From an uncultured Erysipelotrichaceae bacterium (GTDB lineage: Bacteria > Bacillota_I > Bacilli_A > RFN20 > CAG-826), in NCBI GenBank assembly GCA_902768335.1, contig CACXKR010000012.1, positions 4,870 to 68,869 on the forward strand: a stretch of DNA of 64,000 nucleotides, read 5' to 3'. Numbering within the stretch: the stretch's first letter is position 1; each line of letters opens with the position of its first letter. A program made the translations under genes and the position numbers. Below the pieces are notes generated by a model that saw only the letters and a list, made by a program, of their open reading frames with translations, did not search any database and had not been told where the DNA came from. Below, in pieces: positions 39,272 to 48,918 of this stretch.

Positions 39272-39797
39272 CGCTAAACATTATATTTTTGTCTCCATAA
39301 CACTTGGTTCAATTGCTGCTGCAAGTGCGCTTTTAATCGGCGGTGCAAATTATTTAACTAGAGAAAAAATTACACAGAACGAAATAAATAGCATTAATAA
39401 GGGAATTGTCGCGATTTTTGGGCAATCTGCAGGGATAATTGAACAAAAAGAAATCGCTAATGATAGCTATAAATATGTCACCTATTACTATGCAGTTTCA
39501 AAAGAAGGAAGCGATGAGAATATCGGTGTCGCTTACCGCACGACCGGTTCAAATATGTATGGTAAAATCTCACTTCTTGTCGGATTTAATTTATCGAACG
39601 AATTTGTTTCTATTTCAGTTATCAGCGATGAACAAACATACGCTCAAACGTTGACCGATAATTATATCGTTCCTGTTCAAGATGGAACCAGAGATTATAA
39701 CGATGTTAGTTGTGGCGCTACTTATGGTGCAAAACTCATTAGAGATATGATTAATGACGCTAGCAAAGCTAACGAAGCACAAATATGGAAGGATTAA
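39264..39797 (+). CDS. rnfG: Rnf complex subunit G
   Basis: N-terminal TM plus FMN-binding domain with attachment-type motif SCGATYGAK. ATG 39264 preferred. Confidence 0.8.
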   Translation: MANAKHYIFVSITLGSIAAASALLIGGANYLTREKITQNEINSINKGIVAIFGQSAGIIEQKEIANDSYKYVTYYYAVSKEGSDENIGVAYRTTGSNMYGKISLLVGFNLSNEFVSISVISDEQTYAQTLTDNYIVPVQDGTRDYNDVSCGATYGAKLIRDMINDASKANEAQIWKD

Positions 39798-39798
39798 A

Positions 39799-40542
39799 AT
39801 GAAAAGGGAAAAGGGTTATACAAAAAAGAATTTCCTAAAAGGTATCATTAACGAGAACCCTCTTTTCGTTTCGATCCTTGGAACATGTCCTGCTCTTGCG
39901 ACTACTAAAACATTAGAGGCCGCGATCGGTATGGGTATCTTATTTACAGTTGTATTAATTTGTTCAAGTGCTTTGGTTTCTTTACTAAGAAAAGTTATAA
40001 GTGAAGAAATTCGTACACCTGCTTATATTGTTATCATCGCGACATTTGTCACAATTGTGAAAATGTTCACTAATGCTTTCTTACCAGATTTATATTCAAC
40101 ATTAGGTGTATTTATTTCGCTCATTGTTGTTAATTGCATTGTTCTTGGCCGTGCCGAAGCTTACGCTTCTAAAAACAATGTCTTTGATTCATTTATTGAC
40201 GCTTTAGGCATGGGTGTTGGCTACACCTTGGCTTTATTATCAATGGCATTCTTTAGAGAATTTTTAGGAACAGGCGCTTTTGCCTTTGGCAATATTTTCA
40301 CCTTTATTCCTCTCGTTAAAGTTCAAATTATTCCTAAGGAATATGTGATGTCTATATTCCAAAATCCAGCTGGAGCATTTATCGTCTTTGGTTTGATTCT
40401 TGCTGTCTTAGCGTTTATTAAAAACCGTAAAGAAGAATATAAAGCCTATCTTGCTAGACAAGAAAAGATTCGTAAAGCTGAAGAAGCCAAGAAAGCTGCA
40501 TTAGCAACTGCTGCTAATAAAGAGGAAGGAGGAAACAAATAA
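39799..40542 (+). CDS. rnfE: Rnf complex subunit E
   Basis: NqrD/RnfE family (ILGTCPALATT). ATG 39799 lies directly after the rnfG stop. Lys/Ala-rich C-terminal tail. Confidence 0.85.
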   Translation: MKREKGYTKKNFLKGIINENPLFVSILGTCPALATTKTLEAAIGMGILFTVVLICSSALVSLLRKVISEEIRTPAYIVIIATFVTIVKMFTNAFLPDLYSTLGVFISLIVVNCIVLGRAEAYASKNNVFDSFIDALGMGVGYTLALLSMAFFREFLGTGAFAFGNIFTFIPLVKVQIIPKEYVMSIFQNPAGAFIVFGLILAVLAFIKNRKEEYKAYLARQEKIRKAEEAKKAALATAANKEEGGNK

Positions 40543-41141
40543 TGAATATATTTGTCGCATTTGTTTTAGCTATTATTTCCTCGATGCTTATGGATAACGT
40601 CGTCTTATCTAGATTTTATGGCATTTGTCCATTCCTTGGCGTTTCCCGTAAAGTTAATTCTTCCCTAGGAATGGGTGTAGCGGTTGTTTTTGTTATCATG
40701 CTCGCTACATTGATATGCTGGCCTTTCTACACCTACATCTTGGTGCCTGCTGGAATCCCATTCATGGATACGGTTGCCTATATCCTTGTTATTGCTTCTT
40801 TAGTTCAACTAACTGGTCTATTTATTAAAAAATATTCACCATCTCTATATAAGAGCCTTGGTATTTATTTACCACTTATTACTACTAACTGTGCAGTTTT
40901 AGGTGTTGCTCAAGGTAATACCGATCAAGGTTTATCTTTCTTAGATAGCATTGCGAATGGTTTAGGAACCTCGATTGGTTTCTTATTAATCATCGTTACC
41001 TTTAGTTGCATTAGAACTAGACTCGAAACCGCGAATACACCAAAAGCATTTAAGGGTTTACCAATCGCTTTAATCACTGCTGCAATTATGGCAATTGCTT
41101 TAGTAGGTCTACAAGGATTATTCTCAGGAATTAAGTTATGA
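40542..41141 (+). CDS. rnfA: Rnf complex subunit A
   Basis: NqrE/RnfA family (FYGICPFLGVS), six TM segments. Confidence 0.88.
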   Translation: MNIFVAFVLAIISSMLMDNVVLSRFYGICPFLGVSRKVNSSLGMGVAVVFVIMLATLICWPFYTYILVPAGIPFMDTVAYILVIASLVQLTGLFIKKYSPSLYKSLGIYLPLITTNCAVLGVAQGNTDQGLSFLDSIANGLGTSIGFLLIIVTFSCIRTRLETANTPKAFKGLPIALITAAIMAIALVGLQGLFSGIKL

Positions 41142-41341
41142 GTAAGGATTTAACATTAGTTATCGCAATTGTTATCTTAACTGCTTTAGTAGCTATATTT
41201 TTCATTTCTTTTGTCGCGTACCGTAAAACACCGATGCCTAAGGGATGCGAAAATCTAAAGATGGATCAAGAAAAATGTGCTTCTTGTTCTAATGAATCAT
41301 GCATGTTTCATAAGAAAGAAGAAAGCGAGGATAATAAATAA
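41138..41341 (+). CDS. Small membrane-anchored Cys-rich protein inserted between rnfA and rnfB
   Basis: 67 aa, translationally coupled at both ends. One N-terminal TM helix, then C-x9-C-x2-C-x4-C ([21 protein letters not shown]). The architecture resembles FeoB-associated Cys-rich mini-proteins. Confidence 0.6.
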   Translation: MSKDLTLVIAIVILTALVAIFFISFVAYRKTPMPKGCENLKMDQEKCASCSNESCMFHKKEESEDNK

Positions 41342-41658
41342 TGGAAATTTTGTGGGCTATTTTAATTTTATTAGGTGTTGGCCTTGTCCTCGGTTTTGGT
41401 CTTGCTATTGCTGCTAAAATTCTTCATGTTAAAGAAGATGAAAGAATAGATGAAGTCGCCAAAAGGCTTCCAAACTACAACTGTGGTAGCTGTGGTTATG
41501 CTGGCTGTAAAGCTCTTGCGGAAGCTATTGTTAAGGGCGAAGAAGAAAATCTGCGTAGATGTAAACCGGGTAAAGAAGACCTTAACTTCAAACCTATTAT
41601 CGAATATTTAGATCAACATCCAAACGAAGATGGCACAAAAGTAAAAGTCCATCTCTAA
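41341..41658 (+). CDS. rnfB: RnfB-like subunit, N-terminal Fe-S domain only (no ferredoxin-type dicluster domain)
   Basis: TM helix plus [21 protein letters not shown]...RRCKPG matches the N-terminal RnfB cluster domain. The protein stops at 105 aa and apbE starts 3 nt later. Confidence 0.75.
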   Translation: MEILWAILILLGVGLVLGFGLAIAAKILHVKEDERIDEVAKRLPNYNCGSCGYAGCKALAEAIVKGEEENLRRCKPGKEDLNFKPIIEYLDQHPNEDGTKVKVHL

Positions 41659-41660
41659 AA

Positions 41661-42611
41661 ATGAAATTAAAATCACTTTTATCAACTCTATTAATCATTC
41701 CTTTAATATCTTGCTCACAAGCTTCTAGTCTTGAAAGCAAGGTTTTTTGTTTTGATACCGCAATCGACATAAGATTATTTGAAGGCGAAAAACAAAACCT
41801 AAATGATATTGAAAACATTTTTTCTTATTACGATAAAATCAGTGATAACTATAAGCAAAGAGACGTTAATAATGTCTATTTAGTTAACAACACAAATGAT
41901 GATGTTTTAGTTGATGAAACACTATATTCGATGTTACAAAAATCATTCGCGCTAAAAGAAGAGATTCGCTATTTTAATCCGCTTTGTGGAAGCCTCGCAA
42001 AAAAATGGAAAGAATCTCTAAAATCCTCGCAAATCTTGGATGAAGCGACCATCCAAAGCGAACTAAGCAAGTTGAATAATTCCTCAGTTTTATTTAAAGA
42101 TAATAATCTCATTCAAAGGCTTGGCGGAGCTGAAATCGATCTAGGCGCAGTCGCCAAAGGTTTTGCCCTAGATGAGGTCAAAAAATATCTCGTTTCAAAA
42201 TCATTTTCTAAATATTTAATTAATTCTGGATATTCATCCATTCTTCTAGGTCAAAAGCAATCCGATGATGGTTTATTTTCCGTTGGTTTAAGCGATATCG
42301 ATAATGCGTATTTGAAATTATCTAATTGTTTTGTTTCTACTTCTGGCGTTTCAACTCAAGGTGTTAAAATCGATGATCAAATATATTCTCATATTGTTAA
42401 TCCTTATACGGGCAGTGCCATTAATAATTACGATACAGTCATCGTTATTTCTTCTTCAGGCTATCTTGGAGACGCTATATCTACCTCGTTTATGCTTTCA
42501 AGCATTGATGAAATAAAACAAGTAGAACAAACTCAAAATGTTAAGGCGATTGCTATTAAAGATAAGAATATCGTTTATAAAAACGAATCACTCGAGGTGT
42601 ATTATCACTAA
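41661..42611 (+). CDS. apbE: FAD:protein FMN transferase ApbE (lipoprotein)
   Basis: Lipobox LISC and ApbE family core (DLGAVAKGFALD). Confidence 0.8.
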   Translation: MKLKSLLSTLLIIPLISCSQASSLESKVFCFDTAIDIRLFEGEKQNLNDIENIFSYYDKISDNYKQRDVNNVYLVNNTNDDVLVDETLYSMLQKSFALKEEIRYFNPLCGSLAKKWKESLKSSQILDEATIQSELSKLNNSSVLFKDNNLIQRLGGAEIDLGAVAKGFALDEVKKYLVSKSFSKYLINSGYSSILLGQKQSDDGLFSVGLSDIDNAYLKLSNCFVSTSGVSTQGVKIDDQIYSHIVNPYTGSAINNYDTVIVISSSGYLGDAISTSFMLSSIDEIKQVEQTQNVKAIAIKDKNIVYKNESLEVYYH

Positions 42612-42985
42612 TGGATAAGAAAAAATTAACTAATGACATAATTCTTATTGGCTCGCTTCTTGTCCTAGCAATAGTGTCTTTAGTCATCATTTTAACTACA
42701 AGAAATAAATCAAATTTGATCGCAACTGTCCGCGTTCAAAATCAAATTGTTTTAAAAATTGATTTAAATAAAGACGAGGGTAAAGATTTTGTTGTAGATG
42801 GTATTAACGGGCAAGTTCGTATTCACGTTAAAGATGGAGCGATCGCTGTTACTGAGTCAAATTGCCCACATCAAGACTGTGTTAGAACAGGTTACGTGAA
42901 TCAAACCGGAAAACCAATTATTTGCGCTTATAATGGTGTTAGTATAACCATTGAAGGCAATTCTAGTAACGATATTGAGGTTTAA
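42611..42985 (+). CDS. NusG domain II-containing membrane protein
   Basis: Single N-terminal TM segment, beta-rich domain, CPHQDCV motif. The usual partner of Gx transporter genes. Confidence 0.55.
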   Translation: MDKKKLTNDIILIGSLLVLAIVSLVIILTTRNKSNLIATVRVQNQIVLKIDLNKDEGKDFVVDGINGQVRIHVKDGAIAVTESNCPHQDCVRTGYVNQTGKPIICAYNGVSITIEGNSSNDIEV

Positions 42986-42987
42986 AA

Positions 42988-43506
42988 ATGAATACTCATA
43001 AGTTAGTGTTAATCGGTGTTTTGTCGGCCTCCGCAATTGTTATTGCCATTTTAGAATCATTTATTCCTAGTATTGGAATACCTGGAATTAAACTTGGTTT
43101 AGCAAATATAGTTATTTTATTAACTATCTATGAATTAGGCGTCATGGAAGCTGCTTTTATTAATATTCTCCGTGTCCTAATAGTAGCAGTGGTTAGAGGA
43201 ACCTTGTTATCAATGGGCTTTTTCATGTCTTTAACTGGAGCATTTTTATCTTTTGCGATCATGGTTTTATTTGCATTAACAATAAAAAAATTCTCCGTCA
43301 TCGGTGTATCCGTTATCGGAGCAATTTTTCATGTTGTCGGACAAATTATTGTCGCGATGATTTATTTAGATTCTGCTTATATTCTTTTTTATCTTCCAAT
43401 TATCGCTTTGTCCGCTATTATCACCGGAATTTTAGTGGGAATAGTTACTCAGGCAATTATTCGCACTGGTGTAATTAAAAAGCAACGAGAAAAATACAAT
43501 TTTTAG
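42988..43506 (+). CDS. Gx transporter family membrane protein (heptaprenyl diphosphate synthase component I-like)
   Basis: 172 aa with five TM segments. Conserved pairing with the NusG_II gene next to apbE. Confidence 0.6.
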   Translation: MNTHKLVLIGVLSASAIVIAILESFIPSIGIPGIKLGLANIVILLTIYELGVMEAAFINILRVLIVAVVRGTLLSMGFFMSLTGAFLSFAIMVLFALTIKKFSVIGVSVIGAIFHVVGQIIVAMIYLDSAYILFYLPIIALSAIITGILVGIVTQAIIRTGVIKKQREKYNF

Positions 43507-43946
43507 AATAAATCTTCCAGTATTGAAGCGACTTTCGTAAGGAAGTCCTTTTCTTTATTAGTAAATCTAGACAATAAAGGAGAATCGATATCGATAACTC
43601 CTTTGACTACATTATTTTTTATAATTGGCACGACAATTTCACTTTTGGATTTTGCAGAGCAGGCAATATGACCTTCAAATTTTGATACATCATCAACAAT
43701 GATTGTTTCTTTTCTTTTGAACGAGGTGCCACATACTCCTTTTCCACATTCAATTTTAGTGCAGGCCACTTCACCTTGAAATGGTCCTAGATAAAGAGTA
43801 TTTCCGTTGACCAAATAAAAGCCGCACCAATTGATGTCTTCCATCTGATTTAGAACCGCAGAAACATTCGAAAGGTTACTATATAGCGGCAGCGATTTAT
43901 CAACTAATAATTCAATTTGTTTATGCAGAATATCGTAGTTTTGCAT
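43503..43946 (-). CDS. GAF domain protein (free methionine-R-sulfoxide reductase type)
   Basis: 147 aa. The WCGFY, GPFQGEVACTKI and GKGVCG pattern is typical of fRMsr/YebR GAF proteins. Confidence 0.7.
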   Translation of the reverse strand: MQNYDILHKQIELLVDKSLPLYSNLSNVSAVLNQMEDINWCGFYLVNGNTLYLGPFQGEVACTKIECGKGVCGTSFKRKETIIVDDVSKFEGHIACSAKSKSEIVVPIIKNNVVKGVIDIDSPLLSRFTNKEKDFLTKVASILEDLF

Positions 43947-43948
43947 AC

Positions 43949-44503
43949 TTATTTAAGTGTAAAACCTACTTTGAAAGCATCTGCAACTTCTTCTTTAACA
44001 AGACGATATTTGTGGTTAACTGCATCGTAGGAAATAAATTCCATTTTTTCGGTGTCGATTTTTCCATCCTTAATATAGGATTCATCAACACTAACGGAAA
44101 TAACTTTACCAATTAAAATACCTTCTTCTTCGTCAAAGCTTTCGACTTCGCATTCCATTGTAAAAGGAAATTCTTCAAATAATGGAGCGTTTACTTTACT
44201 TGATTTAATAGGAGTTAAACCAGCTTTTTTAATTTTGTTAGGTTCTTGTTTTTGTGATACCACTCCAACATAATCGCAAGCTGCAACAGTTTTCCTAGTT
44301 CCAAAGCTTAAGGTGAATGCTTTGTTTAATTTGAGATTAGCGGTGGTCTTATGTTCGCTTAAAGCGATGAAGACTTTATCCATATCATAAGTTCCACCCC
44401 AAGCAGCGTTCATTGCATTGGCATTTCCTTCTTTATCGTAAGTTCCGATTATTAGAACTGGTTGTGGCATAATCCACGGTTTACTTGAATATTCTTTTCT
44501 CAT
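43949..44503 (-). CDS. Flavin reductase-like FMN-binding protein
   Basis: Split-barrel flavoredoxin-like sequence (PQPVLIIGTYDKEGNANAMNAAWGG). The ATG at 44503 has SD gagga; the longer ORF start at 44536 is rejected. Confidence 0.7.
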   Translation of the reverse strand: MRKEYSSKPWIMPQPVLIIGTYDKEGNANAMNAAWGGTYDMDKVFIALSEHKTTANLKLNKAFTLSFGTRKTVAACDYVGVVSQKQEPNKIKKAGLTPIKSSKVNAPLFEEFPFTMECEVESFDEEEGILIGKVISVSVDESYIKDGKIDTEKMEFISYDAVNHKYRLVKEEVADAFKVGFTLK

Positions 44504-44587
44504 AATTTTTTCCTCAATGAAATAATAATTCAACAAAATATTGTTGTATAGTTTTTCTTTGCCTAAAATAAAGATAGGAGGATATTT

Positions 44588-44920
44588 ATGAAAAAGTTAA
44601 TTCATGCATTCTTAAAAGTCGGTTTTATTTTATCCATCGTGATTGTTGCGTTAGGTGTTTTATTAATACCACTTTCATTCGTTGATGGCTTCGATGCTTC
44701 TCGACTTGCTTTTGGTATCGTTTTAACTATCTTTGGTGTCGCTAACTTAATTGGCATGATCATCATTAGAAAGAAATGGGACGAGGTCAAAACTAAAGCC
44801 GAAGCAAAACCACTTGCAATTTGGTCAATTATTTTAGGTGCTTTATTCACCGAATTCCCAATCGTTGCTGGTATCTTAATGTTTGTCTTACCAGAAGAAG
44901 AATACGGTAAGAAAGAATAG
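44588..44920 (+). CDS. Small membrane protein, unknown function
   Basis: SD aggagg. Four hydrophobic segments. Confidence 0.5.
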   Translation: MKKLIHAFLKVGFILSIVIVALGVLLIPLSFVDGFDASRLAFGIVLTIFGVANLIGMIIIRKKWDEVKTKAEAKPLAIWSIILGALFTEFPIVAGILMFVLPEEEYGKKE

Positions 44921-45370
44921 TTATCTTATTCTTTGAATAATATTTTCCAAACATTCGTCTATCTCCTCGACAACTTCATCGAATTGCCCTGTATACCAAG
45001 GGTCATCAATTTGAGTTAAGTGAGGAGTGTAGATTGTAATCGGAAAAACGATTTTCTTATAATCGTCTATTAAATAAGAGAGATTCCTTTTATTAAATTC
45101 ATCCATATAAAAGATGTAGTCGGCAGATTCATAATCTTGTCTACTTATCTGCTTAGCGTGATGATGATAAAATGGGATCTCTTTATTATATAAAGCTCTT
45201 TTCATCGGGGGATAAATATCGTTTCCGATTTCTTCGGCGGAAGTCGCTCTAGAGATTACTTTAAAATCTTCATCAAGATGATATCTGATGAGTTTATTTT
45301 TCATAATGTATTCCGCCGCAACGGAGCGGCAGATATTCCCATGGCAGACAAAAATTATCGTTTTCATCAC
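44921..45370 (-). CDS. Low molecular weight protein-tyrosine phosphatase
   Basis: P-loop CHGNICRS (C-X5-R-S) at the N-terminus and a DP motif near the C-terminus. Confidence 0.85.
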   Translation of the reverse strand: MMKTIIFVCHGNICRSVAAEYIMKNKLIRYHLDEDFKVISRATSAEEIGNDIYPPMKRALYNKEIPFYHHHAKQISRQDYESADYIFYMDEFNKRNLSYLIDDYKKIVFPITIYTPHLTQIDDPWYTGQFDEVVEEIDECLENIIQRIR

Positions 45371-45422
45371 TAAAATTAAATCACAAATCTAAGTTTGTGA
45401 TAAGATACTAAAGAGGTTAATT

Positions 45423-45818
45423 ATGAAAAGACAAGTATACGTAGTTGCTGGTGCAATTATTAAAGATAAAAAAGTTTTTGCCGCTCAAAGAGGCAACAAA
45501 GGTGAAACAAAATTTAAATGGGAATTTCCTGGTGGAAAGATCGAGCCAGGCGAAACTCCTGAGCAAGCTTTAGCACGTGAATTAAAAGAAGAACTCAAAA
45601 TCGATGTTAAAGTTTACGAACTTATCACCTCAATTGTTGATGAATATGAAACGCAAGTGCTTCATATCGATACTTATAGATGTGAATTAATTAATGGCAC
45701 TCCAACATTAACTGAGCACATTGATATGGCGTGGTCAAATAAAGAAGAATTAGATAAATTAACATTCTCGCCTGCCGACAAACCTACCTTAGCAAAAATT
45801 AAGAAAGAATATTTATAA
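45423..45818 (+). CDS. NUDIX hydrolase (MutT-like)
   Basis: Nudix box GGKIEPGETPEQALARELKEELKI. Confidence 0.85.
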   Translation: MKRQVYVVAGAIIKDKKVFAAQRGNKGETKFKWEFPGGKIEPGETPEQALARELKEELKIDVKVYELITSIVDEYETQVLHIDTYRCELINGTPTLTEHIDMAWSNKEELDKLTFSPADKPTLAKIKKEYL

Positions 45819-46783
45819 TGCCAATTTATGTAATTATTTCAATAATTATTGGAGCTATTCTGCTCTTTTTGTTATCTGCATATCTAGTGCATTTTTTGGT
45901 TTCGAATTCAATATATGGCAGAAGAGGAGACGCTTCGATATCTATTAATTATTTGCTTCCAAGCGATTTTCCAAATCTTAATGTCAAAAAATCATATTTT
46001 CTAAATAACAAAAAGGCTAGATTAAGCGTTTATGAATACACTCAAAAAGGAACTAAGCCAATTGGACTAGTTTTATTTATACATGGCATCGGTGGTGGAC
46101 ATTTTTATTCTTTATCGCTAATCAATTACCTTTGCGAACGAGGCTTAATGGTTGTTGCATATGATCAATACGCGAGCGGAACTAGTGAAGGTCGTAAAAT
46201 CGATTCGATGAATCAAGGTGCAATTGATGTTAAATATGCCGTTAAATACATTGAAGAAAATTATGACCTCCCATTTTATGTTGCAGGTCATTCATGGGGT
46301 GGATATGCCGCTAGTCAAGCCTTAAGATATTCAAAAAGAATAAGTAAATGCGTAAACATTGCAGGACTAAACAATGAAATATCGATGGCTTCAAAATTGT
46401 CTCGACCTTTAGTGGCGATTTCAGGCTTCCTTCATTATGGAAAATACGCCCTATACTCAACCTATGGTGCATTTAAAAAAACAACCGCAAAAGTCTTATA
46501 TCTTCAAGGAAAACAAGACGCAACTGTTGATCCAAAATGCAATGGATTTCGCTATGAGAAAAAGTTTAAAAATAAAAAGAATATCAAAGTGGTGATGCTC
46601 GATAATAAAGGTCACTCTCCAATCATTGATTACAAATCTCAAGTAGCTCAGCTTCAAGTTATGAAACAATTTGGAATGCTCGGTGGTGTGCTTGTTCCGC
46701 TTGAAACTTACGTTGACTTTAATAAAAATAACGTCCCAGATATGGACGTCTATAAAATGATTGGCGATTTTCTTGTCAATTAA
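45818..46783 (+). CDS. Alpha/beta hydrolase with N-terminal TM anchor
   Basis: HGIGGGH oxyanion region, nucleophile elbow GHSWGG, and a late His (KGHSP). Confidence 0.7.
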   Translation: MPIYVIISIIIGAILLFLLSAYLVHFLVSNSIYGRRGDASISINYLLPSDFPNLNVKKSYFLNNKKARLSVYEYTQKGTKPIGLVLFIHGIGGGHFYSLSLINYLCERGLMVVAYDQYASGTSEGRKIDSMNQGAIDVKYAVKYIEENYDLPFYVAGHSWGGYAASQALRYSKRISKCVNIAGLNNEISMASKLSRPLVAISGFLHYGKYALYSTYGAFKKTTAKVLYLQGKQDATVDPKCNGFRYEKKFKNKKNIKVVMLDNKGHSPIIDYKSQVAQLQVMKQFGMLGGVLVPLETYVDFNKNNVPDMDVYKMIGDFLVN

Positions 46784-48729
46784 TTCTTTTGTTTAAGAAT
46801 AAATAAAGTAAATTCGTTAATCGTATTTAATCTACCTATCATCTCGGTAGGTATTTTTATTTCAAATTCCGATTCGATTGAAGCGATAATAGACATATAG
46901 GTAAATGAATCTCCACCTAAATCTAAAATTACATGTGAATTAGGCGCGATATCTTTTTTCTCAATTCCTAAAACATCCGAGACGATATCGATAATGTGTT
47001 CAGAGATATCTTTAATATCTTTTTTATCAAAACCTTCGAATGAAACAATCTCACCATGACCAAGTTTAACAAAACCTTCTGGTCTATTTTTAAGATCATC
47101 AATAATTTGATAGCGCATCACTTTCATCGAAGCATTAGTTGGAAGCGGTGAAGTTGATAAATAGAATTCTTGCACTTGCATCGCCACTGGTAGTCTTGCA
47201 TTTGCATCTGCGATTTGATTTTCAAGTTTTTTAATTTCTTCTTTTTCAAGTCTATGAGAAATATAAATGACTAATGCTAGTTTTTCGCCTTCCTTTGTTG
47301 GAATACCTAAAACCGATAAATCATCTATTAGATCAATATCAGCAAATTTGGTCTCGATTTCATCTGGATAAATGTTTTCACCATTCGAGCCAATAACAAC
47401 ATCTTTTAATTTACCTTTGATATAGGTGTAGCCATCTTCATCAATCGAAGCAATGTCGCCAGTATGGAAATATCCTTCTTCATCGAGAATAGCTTTTTCA
47501 AGATTTCCATCAACAAGTATTTCACTATGGATTTGCGGAGATTTTACAAGCAATTCACCATTTTTTAGCTTATATTCAATGTCATATAAAGGCTTTCCGA
47601 CGCTAGCCTTATTTCTTTGAATAACGCTTGGAGAAAGTTCAACGGAAGTGATTCCAATCTCGGTCATTCCATAGCCGTTATAAAGAGGATAACCAACCCC
47701 ATTTATGAGGTGGAGTGTGTCCTTAGATAAGGCGCTTCCTCCAGCAATACAATAAACAACTTTGTTACCTAAAATCTTCTTTTGGAGTTTGTTTCGAACA
47801 ATTTTTGAACCCGCAAAACCGGCTTCGGTTCTACTGATTTCTCCGTTATTAAACGCAATTGTCTTGGCGATTAATTTTTGTTTTCCTTCGCTTTCTAAAG
47901 AAAGAGTATTTCTAATTGATTTAGCGACTCGATCCCAGAATAAAGGCACGGAGAAGATGTGACTAACTTTGTATTTTTGACACATTCTAACGATTTCGTC
48001 TGGATTAATTGTTTTGGTGAATACTAAGCATCTTCCGAAGAAAGTGAACCAAAGCAAAACCGCAACAAAACCAAAGATATGAGAAAAAGGTACGATTGTG
48101 ATTAATCTAACTTCTGGTTTTTGATACATAATCGTCTTAGTGGTTTCAGGCATGATATAAGCCGCATAGATTTGATGAACAATATTCTCGCTACTATAGA
48201 CAAAGATTCGAGATTTGCCTGTTGTTCCACTCGTGCAGAAAGCGATTTTTTCGCCAAAAGATTCTGGATTCAATTCTTCACTTAATTCTAAAGAATTAAC
48301 ATCGATAGATGGAACAAGCAGTTCTTCTTCTTTATCGTTTATAACTGCCTTCGCACCAGATTCTTTTAATAATCTATTCGTGTCGCTAGTTAAAGTGATT
48401 GGATTAATCATGATTGGTGAATAACCCGCAATTAATAAACCCCAAAAGACATAAGCCCATTTTGGAGAATTATTCATTTTCAAAGCAATAAACGATCCTT
48501 TTGGAGCGTTAAGTTTTTTATTTAATGCATAACCATACTTTTTAGACAAGCTTCCAAATTCAGCATAGCTCACTTTATGAGGACGATTTTTTTCATCTTC
48601 GAAAATAAAGATTGTTCTCTTCTTCCAGGTTTCGATTTGGATATCAAAAATATCTTTAAAAGTTCGCTTAGTTTCTAAAAGACGATTAGCTTCATCAAAG
48701 AAAATTTGCATCTTTGGATCTTGTTCCAT
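46780..48729 (-). CDS. Adenylate-forming enzyme fused to a C-terminal carrier (ACP/PCP) domain
   Basis: AMP-binding core motifs FCTSGTTGKSR, NGYGMTEIG and FHTGDIASIDEDGYTYIKGKLKD. The carrier motif LDLGGDSFTYM carries the phosphopantetheine Ser. Start uncertain: ATG 48729 is preferred over TTG 48777. Confidence 0.85.
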   Translation of the reverse strand: MEQDPKMQIFFDEANRLLETKRTFKDIFDIQIETWKKRTIFIFEDEKNRPHKVSYAEFGSLSKKYGYALNKKLNAPKGSFIALKMNNSPKWAYVFWGLLIAGYSPIMINPITLTSDTNRLLKESGAKAVINDKEEELLVPSIDVNSLELSEELNPESFGEKIAFCTSGTTGKSRIFVYSSENIVHQIYAAYIMPETTKTIMYQKPEVRLITIVPFSHIFGFVAVLLWFTFFGRCLVFTKTINPDEIVRMCQKYKVSHIFSVPLFWDRVAKSIRNTLSLESEGKQKLIAKTIAFNNGEISRTEAGFAGSKIVRNKLQKKILGNKVVYCIAGGSALSKDTLHLINGVGYPLYNGYGMTEIGITSVELSPSVIQRNKASVGKPLYDIEYKLKNGELLVKSPQIHSEILVDGNLEKAILDEEGYFHTGDIASIDEDGYTYIKGKLKDVVIGSNGENIYPDEIETKFADIDLIDDLSVLGIPTKEGEKLALVIYISHRLEKEEIKKLENQIADANARLPVAMQVQEFYLSTSPLPTNASMKVMRYQIIDDLKNRPEGFVKLGHGEIVSFEGFDKKDIKDISEHIIDIVSDVLGIEKKDIAPNSHVILDLGGDSFTYMSIIASIESEFEIKIPTEMIGRLNTINEFTLFILKQKN

Positions 48730-48797
48730 ATTGATAAGTATAAATGAAAAATGTTTGAGTAGATAATTATAATTCAATTAATTATACTTACATTGTT

Positions 48798-48880
48798 GCA
48801 GCGATGGCGAAATTGGTAAACGCGTAGGTTTCAGAAGCCTATCCTAACGGTTGAGAGTTCAAGTCTCTCTCGCTGCACCA
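48798..48880 (+). tRNA. tRNA-Leu (anticodon CAG), CCA encoded
   Basis: Acceptor GCAGCGA/TCGCTGC, anticodon arm TAGGT-TTCAGAA-GCCTA, long variable arm, T arm GAGAG-TTCAAGT-CTCTC. Confidence 0.9.
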
Positions 48881-48895
48881 TTAGTAAACAAAAAA

Positions 48896-48915
48896 TCGCA
48901 CTTTTGTGCGTTTTT
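48896..48915 (+). terminator. tRNA-Leu(CAG) terminator
   Basis: CGCACttttGTGCG followed by TTTTT. Confidence 0.65.
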
Positions 48916-48918
48916 ATA

